Shown here: piece after piece, positions 1 to 9,801 of the stretch
How positions within the stretch are numbered: the first letter of the stretch is position 1
Layout: each line of letters begins with the position of its first letter
DNA from: a bacterium
GTDB taxonomy: Bacteria > SAR324 > NAC60-12
Assembly (NCBI GenBank): GCA_965233585.1
Contig: CBDDTI010000746.1
Coordinates: 320,001 to 384,000, forward strand
Reading direction: 5' to 3'
DNA: 64,000 nucleotides
The notes under the pieces: model-generated
Told to the model about the DNA's origin: nothing
The model's database searches: none
The model's input: only the letters and a program-made list of their open reading frames with translations
Program-made: the position numbers and the translations under genes

Positions 1-1
1 G

Positions 2-1078
2 TTGCTGAAAGAGGATTTAAAGACATTTCAACAAAGGTTGCTGGAGTGGTTTGCACAAGAACAGAGACCTTTGCCTTGGAGAAGAAAATATCTGCCTTAT
101 GAAGTTTGGATTTCTGAGGTCATGCTTCAACAAACTCAAGTGGCGGTGGTCATTCCCTATTTTAACCGATGGATGCAAACGTTCCCGACTATTCAACCTC
201 TGGCAAAGGCATCAGAACAAGAGGTTTTAAAACTTTGGGAGGGTCTTGGATACTATCGCAGGGCAAGGTTTATTCATCAATCTGCCAAGTTGATTGACGA
301 GCAATTTGCAGGAGTGTTCCCAGAAAGGTTTGAAGACATTCTTTCGTTGCCCGGTGTTGGACGCTACAACGCAGGTGCGATTGCAAGCATTGCCTTTGGT
401 CAAGATGCTCCGATTGTTGACGGAAACGTGGCAAGGGTTGCCGCTAGATTGATGTTGTGGAAAGAACCAGTCAATTCTCCAACGCTGAACAAAAAACTTT
501 GGAGTCTTGCAAAAGATTGGATTCCCAGCGGGCAAGCAAGGTTTTTTAACCAAGCCATCATGGAACTTGGGGCAACCATCTGCCTACCTAAAAAGCCATT
601 GTGTTTAACATGCCCCGTGAGGCAGTTTTGCTTGGCATATCATCAGGGCATGACGCATCTGCTGCCAACCCCAAAGACCCCTAAAAAAAGCAAAGAACAA
701 CAACAAATCATTGGCATCATTCAGTCTGCTCATCAAATCTATCTTTGTTATGCCAAGTGGGGTCAGGCGTTAGGCGGACTTTGGCAGCTGCCAACATGGG
801 CTTTGGATTCAAGTCAAAGTGCTGAAGAACAATTTGTGAACATCATCAAAAAAGAATGGGGTCAAATGCCCAAAAATTTGAAGTCTTTGGGACAAGCCAC
901 GCATTGCTACACTTCCAATCGTATTCAACTCTCTATTTTTGCATGTCATCTGGCACAAACGACCATTCCCCAAGAACATTCTCAAAAATATCATCAAACT
1001 CAATGGGTGGCTTGGCAGGACTTCAAGGGTCTGACTCTGCCCAGCGTTCACAATGATTGCATTCTTAAAAGTCTTTGA
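2..1078 (+). CDS. mutY: A/G-specific adenine DNA glycosylase (start at window edge, may extend upstream)
   Basis: WISEVMLQQTQV, LPGVGRY HhH motif, VDGNVARV, 4Fe-4S motif CLPKKPLCLTCPVRQFC, C-terminal NUDIX-like part. Confidence 0.95.
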   Translation: MLKEDLKTFQQRLLEWFAQEQRPLPWRRKYLPYEVWISEVMLQQTQVAVVIPYFNRWMQTFPTIQPLAKASEQEVLKLWEGLGYYRRARFIHQSAKLIDEQFAGVFPERFEDILSLPGVGRYNAGAIASIAFGQDAPIVDGNVARVAARLMLWKEPVNSPTLNKKLWSLAKDWIPSGQARFFNQAIMELGATICLPKKPLCLTCPVRQFCLAYHQGMTHLLPTPKTPKKSKEQQQIIGIIQSAHQIYLCYAKWGQALGGLWQLPTWALDSSQSAEEQFVNIIKKEWGQMPKNLKSLGQATHCYTSNRIQLSIFACHLAQTTIPQEHSQKYHQTQWVAWQDFKGLTLPSVHNDCILKSL

Positions 1079-1122
1079 CATTCACTCATCAAGATTTATC
1101 AAAGGAATCAATGAAAAAATAT

Positions 1123-1882
1123 GGCATTGTTAAGTAATAAGTGATAGCTGATTATTCCGTTTTGCCATGAACAAAAGAACAGAATATTGTAATGCTTTAA
1201 GAGACTTGCTGTAACATTTGGTTTTCCTTCTCATTCTTGCCAAGAAATGTCTCAAGAGAGAATTATACCCTTCTATCGTGTATGTTTCTGCCTTGGAACA
1301 TGTATGAATTTCTTTGGGAATGACTTGTTTGTAAGCCTTGCAGTGATCAGTCATCACCTGAAGAGGTTTTGTTTCCTTGACCTTGTCCCATAAATGCCTA
1401 CAGGCTTTTGAGTCTCTGTTTCCAAGCACACAATTGATAAATTGCTTCCCACATCTATCAACAGCAATCCAGAGCCAGCAGTAGTTTTTTTTGACTGGAT
1501 GTAGGTGTGCATTTCATCAATTTCCATAATTTCAATGTCTGTGTCCTTTCTTAATGCCTTGAGCTGTTCGCCAAAACTACAGACCCAATTATAAACTGAA
1601 ACATGAGAACAATTCAGCAAACGACCGATTGACCTGAAACCAAGACCCTCCAAATACAACTCTAATGCTCTTCTTTTGATCTGTGGTGAGATTTGACCAC
1701 GATAGGACTTGGTATATTGATAGTTGCAGGCATTGCAACGCCTCCTCGGTTTACCATATAAAAAACCATTCTTAACCATCTTCTCACTTTCACATCTAGG
1801 ACACGACTTCATTGCTACACCATGACTATCAATTCAATTAAATGAACTTAATATCGCATATCACTTATAGTTTAACAATACC
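1123..1882 (-). mobile_element. Complete IS1-family element (760 bp)
   Basis: 24-bp imperfect terminal IRs GGCATTGTTAAGTAATAAGTGATA / GGTATTGTTAAACTATAAGTGATA; 8-bp target duplication AAAAATAT at 1115-1122 and 1883-1890. Confidence 0.95.
1130..1812 (-). CDS. insAB: IS1-family transposase InsAB, produced by programmed -1 frameshift
   Basis: InsA Zn-ribbon CPRC..CNAC plus HTH and EIDEMHTY; A8C slippery run at 1485-1492; the -1 frame continues NYCWLWIAVDR into InsB (TDH, IEGYNSLLRHFLAR). Confidence 0.92.
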
Positions 1883-1901
1883 AAAAATATTATTTTAAAA
1901 G

Positions 1902-1931
1902 TTGCATTTGTTTTTCAAGGTCTGCTAGAAT
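1902..1931 (+). promoter_or_regulatory. Putative sigma70 promoter of lipoprotein copy 1
   Basis: TTGCAT-18nt-TAGAAT with extended TG; same motif is conserved upstream of copies 2 and 3. Confidence 0.6.
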
Positions 1932-1992
1932 CCTTAACTCTCTTTTATTTCTTTTTTTTCATTCTGATTTAACCATGATTTAGGAGTTTTTT

Positions 1993-3227
1993 ATGTTAGA
2001 ACAAATCAAATCCATTCAAACCCTTTTTATCAGGGGGGGGCTTTTTATGACAAGATAATCGTTTTCTTGACACTTCTGGTCTTAGCAGGTTGCACACCTC
2101 CTGCTGAAGAAAATAAGGAGGGAGAGACGAAGAAGGGTGAAGCTACGTGCGAGGTCAACTCAAACAGTTCTGTCTCAACAGGTCAAGAATTGGTTGCCAA
2201 TTTCACTTGCACTACCACATCAATTTATCAAGGCAAAAAATTAAACATCACTTACGATGAAAGTTTGACTTCCTTGAAGCTGGTCGTCTCAGGTGAAGAA
2301 ACAACGGGGCAAAGTGGAAAACTCACCTACACCTTACCTAAACAAGAAGAATTTCAAGCCAAACTGAAGTTAACAGGAGTCACAACAGGCAAGGGACAAC
2401 TCAAGTTTAAGATTTTGAGCAAAAAATCAAACTGGGATTTTACAGTGGTACAAGGGGGACCAAAAGCATTGACGTTGGGTGCAGCGGTTGCGTCAACTGC
2501 TTTTACCAAGATGCAAGACACATCAGGCAAAGCTTATGGACGTTCGGTGATGAGGCTAGACACTTCTCAAACCCTCCTTTCCAATGACGAGACAGTTTGC
2601 AAAGATGCCCCTTTGAATGCACTGCTTGTCTCATCAGATGACTTTGTCACTTGTGAGAAAGTGTTTGTTCAAAAAGGTGATAACACCAATTATGTCATCA
2701 TTCCCAAACAAACTTGGGGCTTAAACGAAACTTACAAAGTTGCAGTGAGAACAGCAAGTGGTGCTTCTGCCTTCAATCGTTCTGGCAATGCCGTTTCCTT
2801 CACTACCAACAATGCCAACCACAACACGGTAGCTCACATTACCAGATTTGATGTTGGGTCAAGACCTAAAGTGCTAAACAATCACTTCCACTTAGAAAAA
2901 GATGGAGAACTCTGGTACTTCATCAACAAAGGCACTACGATGCCGAACTATGATGCGAGTGAATGTCAGGCAATCAACTACAAGGCAACAGATGACAAAC
3001 AATTTAAAAATCTTGCTGACAACAATCAGGATGACAGAGTCTTTGCCAGAACTATTTTAAACGGCAATACTAGTGCGTTTATCGCTAATATTTCTGGACC
3101 CAATGTCGTAGGATATTTACTCAGAGCATCAAGTGATGGTAGAGCAGGATTGAATTTTACAGCGGGAAGAAGGTACGGCCAACCTTTCTATTATCTTTGT
3201 TCTGTGAAGATTCCAGAACGTGCTTAA
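1993..3227 (+). CDS. Surface lipoprotein copy 1 with C-terminal C-type-lectin-like domain; signal peptide out of frame at a G8 tract (phase OFF or homopolymer error)
   Basis: AGGAG RBS and ATG at 1993; G8 at 2033-2040; one extra G gives MLEQIKSIQTLFIRGGAFYDKIIVFLTLLVLAGC fused to ORF 2067-3227 (lipobox LAGC). Confidence 0.75.
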
Positions 3228-3254
3228 AGGTTTTCTTTTTTCCTCCCCCCTTCT

Positions 3255-3480
3255 TCATTGCGGGCTTGTTTTTTTGTCATTCCTGCGAAAGCAGGAATCT
3301 ATCCTCTAACTGCTGATGGATTCCGTGTCAAGCACGGAATGACGTCAGGACTTTGCTCACCTTGACCCGCAATCTCTTCTTTTCTGAATCGCTCCGTTTT
3401 TTGAAATTCCGTGTCAAGCACTCAAATGACGTGAGGATTTTGCTCACCTTGAAAACTGTCATTGCTGACCTTGACCCTCA
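3255..3480. repeat. Array of GTCATT...AATC palindromic elements (REP/dRS3-like)
   Basis: GTCATTCCTGCGAAAGCAGGAATCT, GATTCCGTGTCAAGCACGGAATGAC and variants. Confidence 0.9.
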
Positions 3481-3610
3481 GGTTTTAAATTTCTCATTTT
3501 TCAAAAGCTGCCCCGCCTGTTTCTTTTTGTGATTGCCCAAGTCATGCTTATTTCTTTTTTTGAGAATCGTGTTAAAATGGCGTCTTTAGACTTGACAAAC
3601 TGACAGCCTT

Positions 3611-3898
3611 ATGATTGCCATAGACACCCTTGCATATACCAAAGCCTTGATTGCAGGAGGCTTCACAGCAGAACAAGCAGAAGTCCAAGCCAACACTTTG
3701 AATCAAACACTCAATGAGTCTTTGAAAGAAGAAATTGCAACCAAAGCAGACATAGCAAAAGTGGAATCAAGAATAGACTCGGTAGAGTCCAAAATAGACT
3801 TGGTAGAATCTAAGATAGACTCAACTCGCTGGGTGTTAGGCATGATTTTAGCTGTGAATGTCGTCATGTTAGGTGTGATTTTAAGCAAATTTTATTAA
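3611..3898 (+). CDS. DUF1640/CCDC90-like coiled-coil membrane-anchored protein
   Basis: IDTLAYTKALIAGGFTAEQAE head, IATKADI neck, VESKID heptad repeats, RW followed by a C-terminal TM helix. Confidence 0.85.
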   Translation: MIAIDTLAYTKALIAGGFTAEQAEVQANTLNQTLNESLKEEIATKADIAKVESRIDSVESKIDLVESKIDSTRWVLGMILAVNVVMLGVILSKFY

Positions 3899-3917
3899 GA
3901 AAAGTCTTTTTCCTTTC

Positions 3918-3990
3918 GTCATTGCAGACTTGCCCTTTCATCACCTGCAGGGCTTGTCTTTCCGTCATTGCTGACCTTGACCCGCAATCT
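3918..3990. repeat. Degenerate GTCATT palindromic elements
   Basis: GTCATTGCAGACTTG and GTCATTGCTGACCTTGACCCGCAATCT. Confidence 0.7.
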
Positions 3991-4072
3991 GACTCTTGTT
4001 TAGAGATTGCTTTTAGAAAGATTATCGTGTCATAATCTTCTCTTTTCGTTCAGGGTTTTCAGATTTCGGGCA

Positions 4073-4453
4073 ATGCAAGCACCACACGGATTTTACAAAA
4101 AGCTAGTTTCCAACGGCTTTACAAGAGAACAAGCAGAAGGACTCACAGAAGCGCATACCGAATTTTTTGAAGAAGTCTTGGAACGAGAGACCAAACTCAT
4201 CAAAGTAGATTTTAAAAGTGAGCTTGCCACCAAGGAAGATGTCCAGAATGTCAAAGATGAGCTGAAACATGTCAGAGATGAACTGAAAGAAGACATTCAA
4301 AATGTCAGAGATGAGCTGAAAGAAGACATCTATTTTTTAAAAGGGGACCAGAAACTCCTTAAATAGATGGTTGCTTTTGGCATTTCTTTAAATCTAATCA
4401 CACTTGGGGTGTTATTAGCCTTTTTGTTCTCTTTTCTTCCTCCTGCCAAATAA
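4073..4453 (+). pseudogene. DUF1640-like protein with TAG at the Trp codon before the TM anchor
   Basis: GFTREQAE and LATKEDV motifs, 33-bp internal repeat; TAG at 4364-4366 is followed in frame by MVAFGISLNLITLGVLLAFLFSFLPPAK-stop. Confidence 0.75.
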
Positions 4454-4485
4454 AACCCTGTCTTTTTTAGTCACGCTTGTTTTTG

Positions 4486-4560
4486 AGATTACGTGTCAAG
4501 CACTCAAGTGACTGATGACGTTTGCAGGCTTGTTTTTCTTCATTGCTGACCTTGGCCTTC
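4486..4560. repeat. Palindromic repeat elements
   Basis: AGATTACGTGTCAAGCACTCAAGTGAC and TCATTGCTGACCTTG variants of the same family. Confidence 0.7.
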
Positions 4561-4660
4561 AGGTTTTAAATTTCTCATTTTTCTTTTAGGGATTAGTATG
4601 TTGGCGGTGTTCTTGTTCTTGAGCTAGGCGTCAATACCTGTGGACTGCCGTCATTGTCTC

Positions 4661-4959
4661 TCAAATCGCTTTGAGTTCAATGAATGTCAGAGGAAGGGAT
4701 TGGTTTTTCTTGAATTTGATCCAATATTTTTGGTAGGTCGTCTGGTAAATCTGCAAGTCTGTATCTAATGCTTGTAAATGTTTGCTTTGTTTTAAAGACT
4801 GAAACTTGAGATGCAAATAACAAAAGACATCACATAACAAATCCTTTTCTTCATCAGCAAAGAATGAAAAAAATCTAATGCTCCTGTGTGTGGGTAAAAT
4901 TTACAAACTTTTGCCTCATTTTTACAAAGATAATGGTCTTGCGCTGTCTTATATTCCAA
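4661..4959 (-). pseudogene. Putative ~100-aa toxin partner of the Panacea antitoxin (RelE-like size), frameshifted
   Basis: TTG start overlaps the antitoxin stop; MEYKTAQDHYLCKNEAKVCKFYPHTGALDFF continues after a 1-nt shift near the T7 run (4867-4873) as ADEEKDLLCDVFCYLHLKFQSLKQSKHLQALDTDLQIYQTTYQKYWIKFKKNQSLPLTFIELKAI-stop. Confidence 0.45.
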
Positions 4960-5491
4960 AATAAGATTCTATCTTTTTCATGCGTTCAGAGTCGGGTTTG
5001 TAGTTTGGCAAAACAACAGACACAGGCTTTTCTTTGAGTTCAATATAAACCTCAACAAACTCATCTTTCATTGCAAACTCACTTTGAAAAAAGTTTAGCA
5101 AAGACTCATGGGTTATTGGGACGTTTTGACCCTCTTGGTAAGAATTTAGCCAAGGCGATTCTTCGTGAGTCATTTGAAATAACTTGATTGCGTCAATCTG
5201 CATGTAAGTCTCTTTGATGGCGTCAAGGATCGGGCAAGTTTTTTGTGATTCATAATCAATCAAGATGGCAGATTGTCCATATTTCTTAAAATGATGATAG
5301 ACATCTGGCACGACAGGTCCCAATTCCCACGCTTCTAAACCCTCTAAAAAGAGCGGTTTTTTCTCTATCGCCAATGAAAATCCTTGGGCATAATAAAGGA
5401 ACTTTTGTAACTTCAAATTGGAGATGACCTGACCCAAATCAGGTTGACTCCTTGCTATGATTTCTTTGGCAATCTCTATAGCACTTAGCAT
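4949..5491 (-). CDS. Panacea-domain antitoxin (DUF4065/GepA/SocA family)
   Basis: ISNLKLQKFLYYAQG, EAWELGPVVPDVY, THEESPW motifs. Confidence 0.9.
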   Translation of the reverse strand: MLSAIEIAKEIIARSQPDLGQVISNLKLQKFLYYAQGFSLAIEKKPLFLEGLEAWELGPVVPDVYHHFKKYGQSAILIDYESQKTCPILDAIKETYMQIDAIKLFQMTHEESPWLNSYQEGQNVPITHESLLNFFQSEFAMKDEFVEVYIELKEKPVSVVLPNYKPDSERMKKIESYFGI

Positions 5492-5607
5492 CGCAGACTC
5501 CTTAAATAAATTTTAAAATGACGATTAAAAGAATAGCATGACTCTTAAACCCAATGCCATACAAGCCACTCTTAAATCTCTCACAAACCAAAAATTATAA
5601 TTTCAAG

Positions 5608-5637
5608 TTGCATTTGTTTTTCAAGGTTTGCTAAAAT
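5608..5637 (+). promoter_or_regulatory. Putative sigma70 promoter of lipoprotein copy 2
   Basis: TTGCAT-18nt-TAAAAT with extended TG, conserved across the three paralogs. Confidence 0.6.
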
Positions 5638-5690
5638 TGTCATCTTGCTTTTGTTCATTTTCATTTAACCACTACCATAAGGAGATTTTT

Positions 5691-6922
5691 ATGTTAGAAC
5701 AAATCAAATCCATTCAATCCCTTCTGTCAGGGGGGGGGCTTTTTATGACAAGATAATCGTTTTCTTGACGCTTCTGGTCTTGACAGCTTGAACACCACCT
5801 AATAAAGAAAGTGAGGACGAAGACACTCAGAATCAAGCTACTTGCGAGGTTAACTCAAACAGTTCTTTGACAACAGGTCAAGAATTGGTCACCAACCTTA
5901 CATGTACCGTATCAGAGACCCATCAAGGCGAAAAATTAAACATCACTTACGACCAAAGTTTGACGTCTTTGAAGCTGATTGTTGGAGAAAAAGAAACAGT
6001 CGCACAAAGCGGAAAACTCACCTACACCTTGCCTAAACAAGAAAAATTTCAAGCCAAGTTGAAGTTGACAGGGGGCACAGCAGGCAAAGGGCAACTCAAC
6101 TTCAAGATATTGAGTCAAGAATCGGACTGGTCATTCACCGTGGTACAAGGTAGACCAAAGTCATGGACTCTGGGTGCTGCAGTTACAGCATCGGCTTTTA
6201 CTAAGATGCAGGATACATCAGGCAAAGCATACGGACGTTCGGTGATGAGGCTAGACACTTCCCAAGCCCTCCTTTCTAATGACGAGGAACATTGCGAAGA
6301 TGCTCCTTTGAACGCCTTGCTTGTCTCATCGGACAACTTTGTAACTTGTGAGAAAGTGCATGTGCAGAAAGGCGACAACACCAATCATGTCATCATTCCT
6401 AAACAAACTTGGGACTTGAACAAAACCTACAAAGTGTCGGTCAGAACGGCTGGCGGTGCTTCTGCTTTCAATCGCTCTGGCAATCCCGTTTCCTTCACCA
6501 CCAACAATGCCAATCACAACACTGCCGCACACGTCACCAGATTTGATGTTGGGTCAAGACCTAAAGTGCTAAACAATCACTTCCACTTAGAAAAAGATGG
6601 AGAACTCTGGTATTACATCAACAAAGGCAAGATAATACCGAGCTATGATAGCAGTGAGTGTCAAGCAATCAACTACAAGGCAATAAATAACAAACAATTT
6701 AAAAATCTTAATAGCAACAATCAGGCTGATAGAGAGTTTGCCAGAACTCTTTTAGATGCCAACAGCTACTATCTTTCTGGTGGCAACACTGACACTAATG
6801 TCCGTCAACTCGACGTAGGAGACGACGGTCGTGGTCGTGTACCGTATGCTGTTGCACCGGGATATGTAGCAAGATATTCTGCTTATTATCTTTGTTTTGT
6901 GAAGATTCCAGAACGTACTTAA
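5691..6922 (+). pseudogene. Surface lipoprotein copy 2; G9 tract out of frame and lipobox Cys codon mutated to TGA
   Basis: ATG at 5691, G9 at 5730-5738; the restored frame reads ...LLVLTA-TGA-TPP where the paralogs have LAG-C; body ORF 5867-6922 is intact. Confidence 0.8.
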
Positions 6923-6935
6923 ACGTTTTCTTTTC

Positions 6936-8041
6936 GTCATTGCGGGCTTGTGTTTAGGTCATTCCTGCGAAAGCAGGAATCCATGCTTGGTTTGGTGATA
7001 GATTCCGTGTCAAGCACTCAAGTGACTGATGACGTTTGCAGACTTGTTTTTTGTCATTGCGGGCTTGACCCGCAATCTCTCTCTTTTTCTCATTCATTCT
7101 TTCTCGTCATTCGGAGTGAAAGCAGGAATCCATGCCCTGATTGACGATAGATTCCGTGTCAAGCACGGAATGACGGGAGGATTTTGCCACCTTGAAAACT
7201 GTCATTGCGGGCTTGACCCGCAATCTCTCTACAACCGTCATTGCAAGGCTTGCCTTTCCGTCATTGCGTGCTTGACCCGCAATCTCATCTTGTTTTTTTG
7301 AGATTCCGCATCAAGCACGGAATGACGTGAGGAGTTTGCCACCTTGAGAACTGTCATTGCGTGCTTGACCCGCAATCTCTCTCTTTTTCATTCTGTTTTC
7401 ACTCTTTTTTGAGATTCCGTATCAAGCACGGAATGACGTGAGGAGTTTACCACCTTGAGAACTGTCATTGCTCACCTTGACCCGCAATCTCATCTTGTTT
7501 TTTTGAGATTCCGCATCAAGCACGGAATGACAAAAGTTATCATTCTTGCAAAAGCAGAAATCCATGCTTGGTTTGGTGAGAGATTCCGTGTCAAGCACGG
7601 AATGACAGAGGAGTTTGCTCACTTTGAAAACTGTCATTGCTCACCTTGACCCGCAAGCTCTCTCTTTTTCATTCTGTTTTCACTCTTTTTTGAGATTCTG
7701 TGTCAAGCACAGAATGACAGAGGAGTTTGCTCACTTTGAGAACTGTCATTGCTCATCTTGACCTGCAATCTCAAGAAAGTTCTTAATCGCTTCCGTTGTT
7801 TTTTGAGATTCTGTGTCAAGCACAGAATGACAAAAGTTGTCATTCTTGCAAAAGCAGGAATCCATGCTTGGTTTGGTGAGAGATTCTGAATCAAGTTCAA
7901 AATGACTAAGAGGGTCACAGAATGACGGGAGGATTTTGCTCACTTTGAAAACTGTCATTGCTCACCTTGACCCGCAATCTCTCTTTTGTTTTTTGAGATT
8001 CTGTGTCAAGCACTCAAGTGACTGATGACGTTTACAGACTT
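6936..8041. repeat. ~1.1-kb mosaic array of inverted palindromic elements (BIME/NIME-like)
   Basis: Many GTCATTGCGGGCTTGACCCGCAATCT-type, AGATTCCGTGTCAAGCACGGAATGAC-type and GTCATTC.TGC.AAAGCAGGAATCC-type units with repeated linkers. Confidence 0.95.
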
Positions 8042-8091
8042 GCTTTTTTGCTCAAACCACTAAAAATAATCAAAATTCATCATTTTAAAAG

Positions 8092-8121
8092 TTGCATTTG
8101 TTTTTGAAAATTTGCTAAAAT
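8092..8121 (+). promoter_or_regulatory. Putative sigma70 promoter of lipoprotein copy 3
   Basis: TTGCAT-18nt-TAAAAT with extended TG. Confidence 0.6.
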
Positions 8122-8175
8122 CGCCATCTTGCTTTTGTTCTTTTTCTTTTCAACCATTTATCAAAGGAGTTTCTT

Positions 8176-9472
8176 ATGTTAGAACAAATCAAATCCATTC
8201 AAAACCTCTTGTCAGGGGGGGTCTTTTTATGACAAGATAATCATTTTCCTGACAATGCTTGTTTTAGCAGGTTGTGTGCCACCTGCTGAAGAAAATGAGG
8301 AGGACGCCGCACAGAACCAAGCCACCTGCGAGGTGGACTCTAGCAGTTCTTTGACAACAGGTCAAGAACTGGTTGCCAACCTCACCTGCACCGTGTCAAC
8401 TATTTATCAAGGCAAGCGGTTGAGCATCGCTTACGATGAAAGCCTGACGTCTTTGAAGCTGGTCGTGTTAGGGGACAAAGCGGTTGGGCAGATTGAAGGA
8501 GAAACAGTTGGGCAAAGTGGAAAGTTGTCTTACATTTTGCCGAGGAAGGCTGAATTTCAAGCCAAGCTGAAGTTGACAGGCGTCACAGCAGGCAAAGGGC
8601 AACTGCAATTCAAAATCTTGAGAAAAAAATCAAACTGGGCTTTTACAGTGGTCAATGGGGGTTCTAACCCGTCGCCAAATTCCGGTGGAGGGTCAACGCC
8701 ATCTACTCCAAAGGCATTAACGTTGGGTGTTGCTGTTACAGCAACCGCTTTTACTAAGATGCAAGACACATCAGACAAAGCTTATGGACGTTCAGTGATG
8801 AGACTGGATACTTCTCAAACTCTAGTCTCCAATGACAAAACGGTTTGTGAAGATACCCCTTTGAATGCCTTGCTTGTCTCATCAGACGATTTCCTAAACT
8901 GTGAAAAAGTTTATGTGCAGAAAGGAAACAAAACGAATCACGTCATCATTCCCAAGCAAACTTGGGGCTTGAACAAAACCTACAAAGTGGCAATTAAAAC
9001 GGCTGGCGGGGCTTCTGCTTTTAATCGCTCTGGCAATCCTGTCTCTTTTGCCACTAACAATGCCAATCATAACACAGTGGCTCACATCACAGGCTTTGAT
9101 GTAGATTCGTTCTCTCAAGTCCTAACTGATGACTTCCATTTGGAAAAAGATGGAGAACTCTGGTATTACATTGACAAAGGCGACAGGATACCAAGATATG
9201 ACAGTAGTGAATGTCAAGCCGTCGACTATCAAAATACAAAGAGCGTCAAATTTAAAAATCTTAACAATGATAACTCTGGTAATAGAGCGTTAGCCCAAGC
9301 TGTTTTCGGAGATACTCAACGTCATTACGTTGGTAGAGCTTTCACTGCCACAGTTACTGTTATATGGACACTCAATGGTATCAGACCTTCCGGCTACAGT
9401 ATAAATAATAAGATCGCCGGTATAAACAATATTTATTATTTTTGTTCTGTGACAATTCCAGAACGTACTTGA
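8176..9472 (+). CDS. Surface lipoprotein copy 3; signal peptide out of frame at a G7 tract
   Basis: AGGAG and ATG at 8176; G7 at 8215-8221; G6 or G9 fuses it to ORF 8255-9472 (lipobox LAGC); extra G/S/P linker. Confidence 0.75.
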
Positions 9473-9505
9473 ACGTTTTCGTTTCTTCTTCCTTTCTTCC
9501 TTTTT

Positions 9506-9670
9506 GTCACTGCGGGCTTGTGTTTAAGTCATTGCTCGCCTTGAGTGAGCAATCTCTCTTTTGTTTTTGAGATTCCGTGTCAGGCACTCAAGTGACGGGA
9601 GGATTTTGCTCACTTTGAAAACTGTCATTGTGGGCTTGACCCGCAATGACAGTTTTCAAGGTGAGCGATG
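9506..9670. repeat. Palindromic repeat array
   Basis: GTCATTGCTCGCCTTGAGTGAGCAATCT, GTCATTGTGGGCTTGACCCGCAATGAC within a longer inverted repeat. Confidence 0.85.
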
Positions 9671-9801
9671 ACGAAAAAGGTGAGAAAAAAGAAACCTCAG
9701 AAATTGAGGAGAAAAACAGAATGAGGAAAAGAAAATTGAGAAACTTGCAAAGTCATTCCCCTCCAGTAGAAGGGAATGAAAAGACCCTGCTTTGTGAAGG
9801 G

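Noticed and set aside
6950..7958. Short ORFs across the repeat arrays (also 9646-9879, 56043-57422, 60989-61237)
   Set aside because: They are translations of palindromic repeats (VIAGLTRNL, HGMT) on both strands without clear RBS.
6936..8041. CRISPR array (also 56097-57306)
   Set aside because: Units vary in sequence, alternate in orientation, the linkers are themselves repeated and low-complexity, and no cas genes are present.
1993..9472. Complete DGR in the window
   Set aside because: No reverse transcriptase, Avd or template repeat seen; the variable tips also differ by indels, unlike simple adenine mutagenesis from one template.
3227..9670. Classical integron
   Set aside because: No IntI or tyrosine recombinase; the repeats lack attC RYYYAAC/GTTRRRY ends; the lipoprotein genes carry their own promoters.
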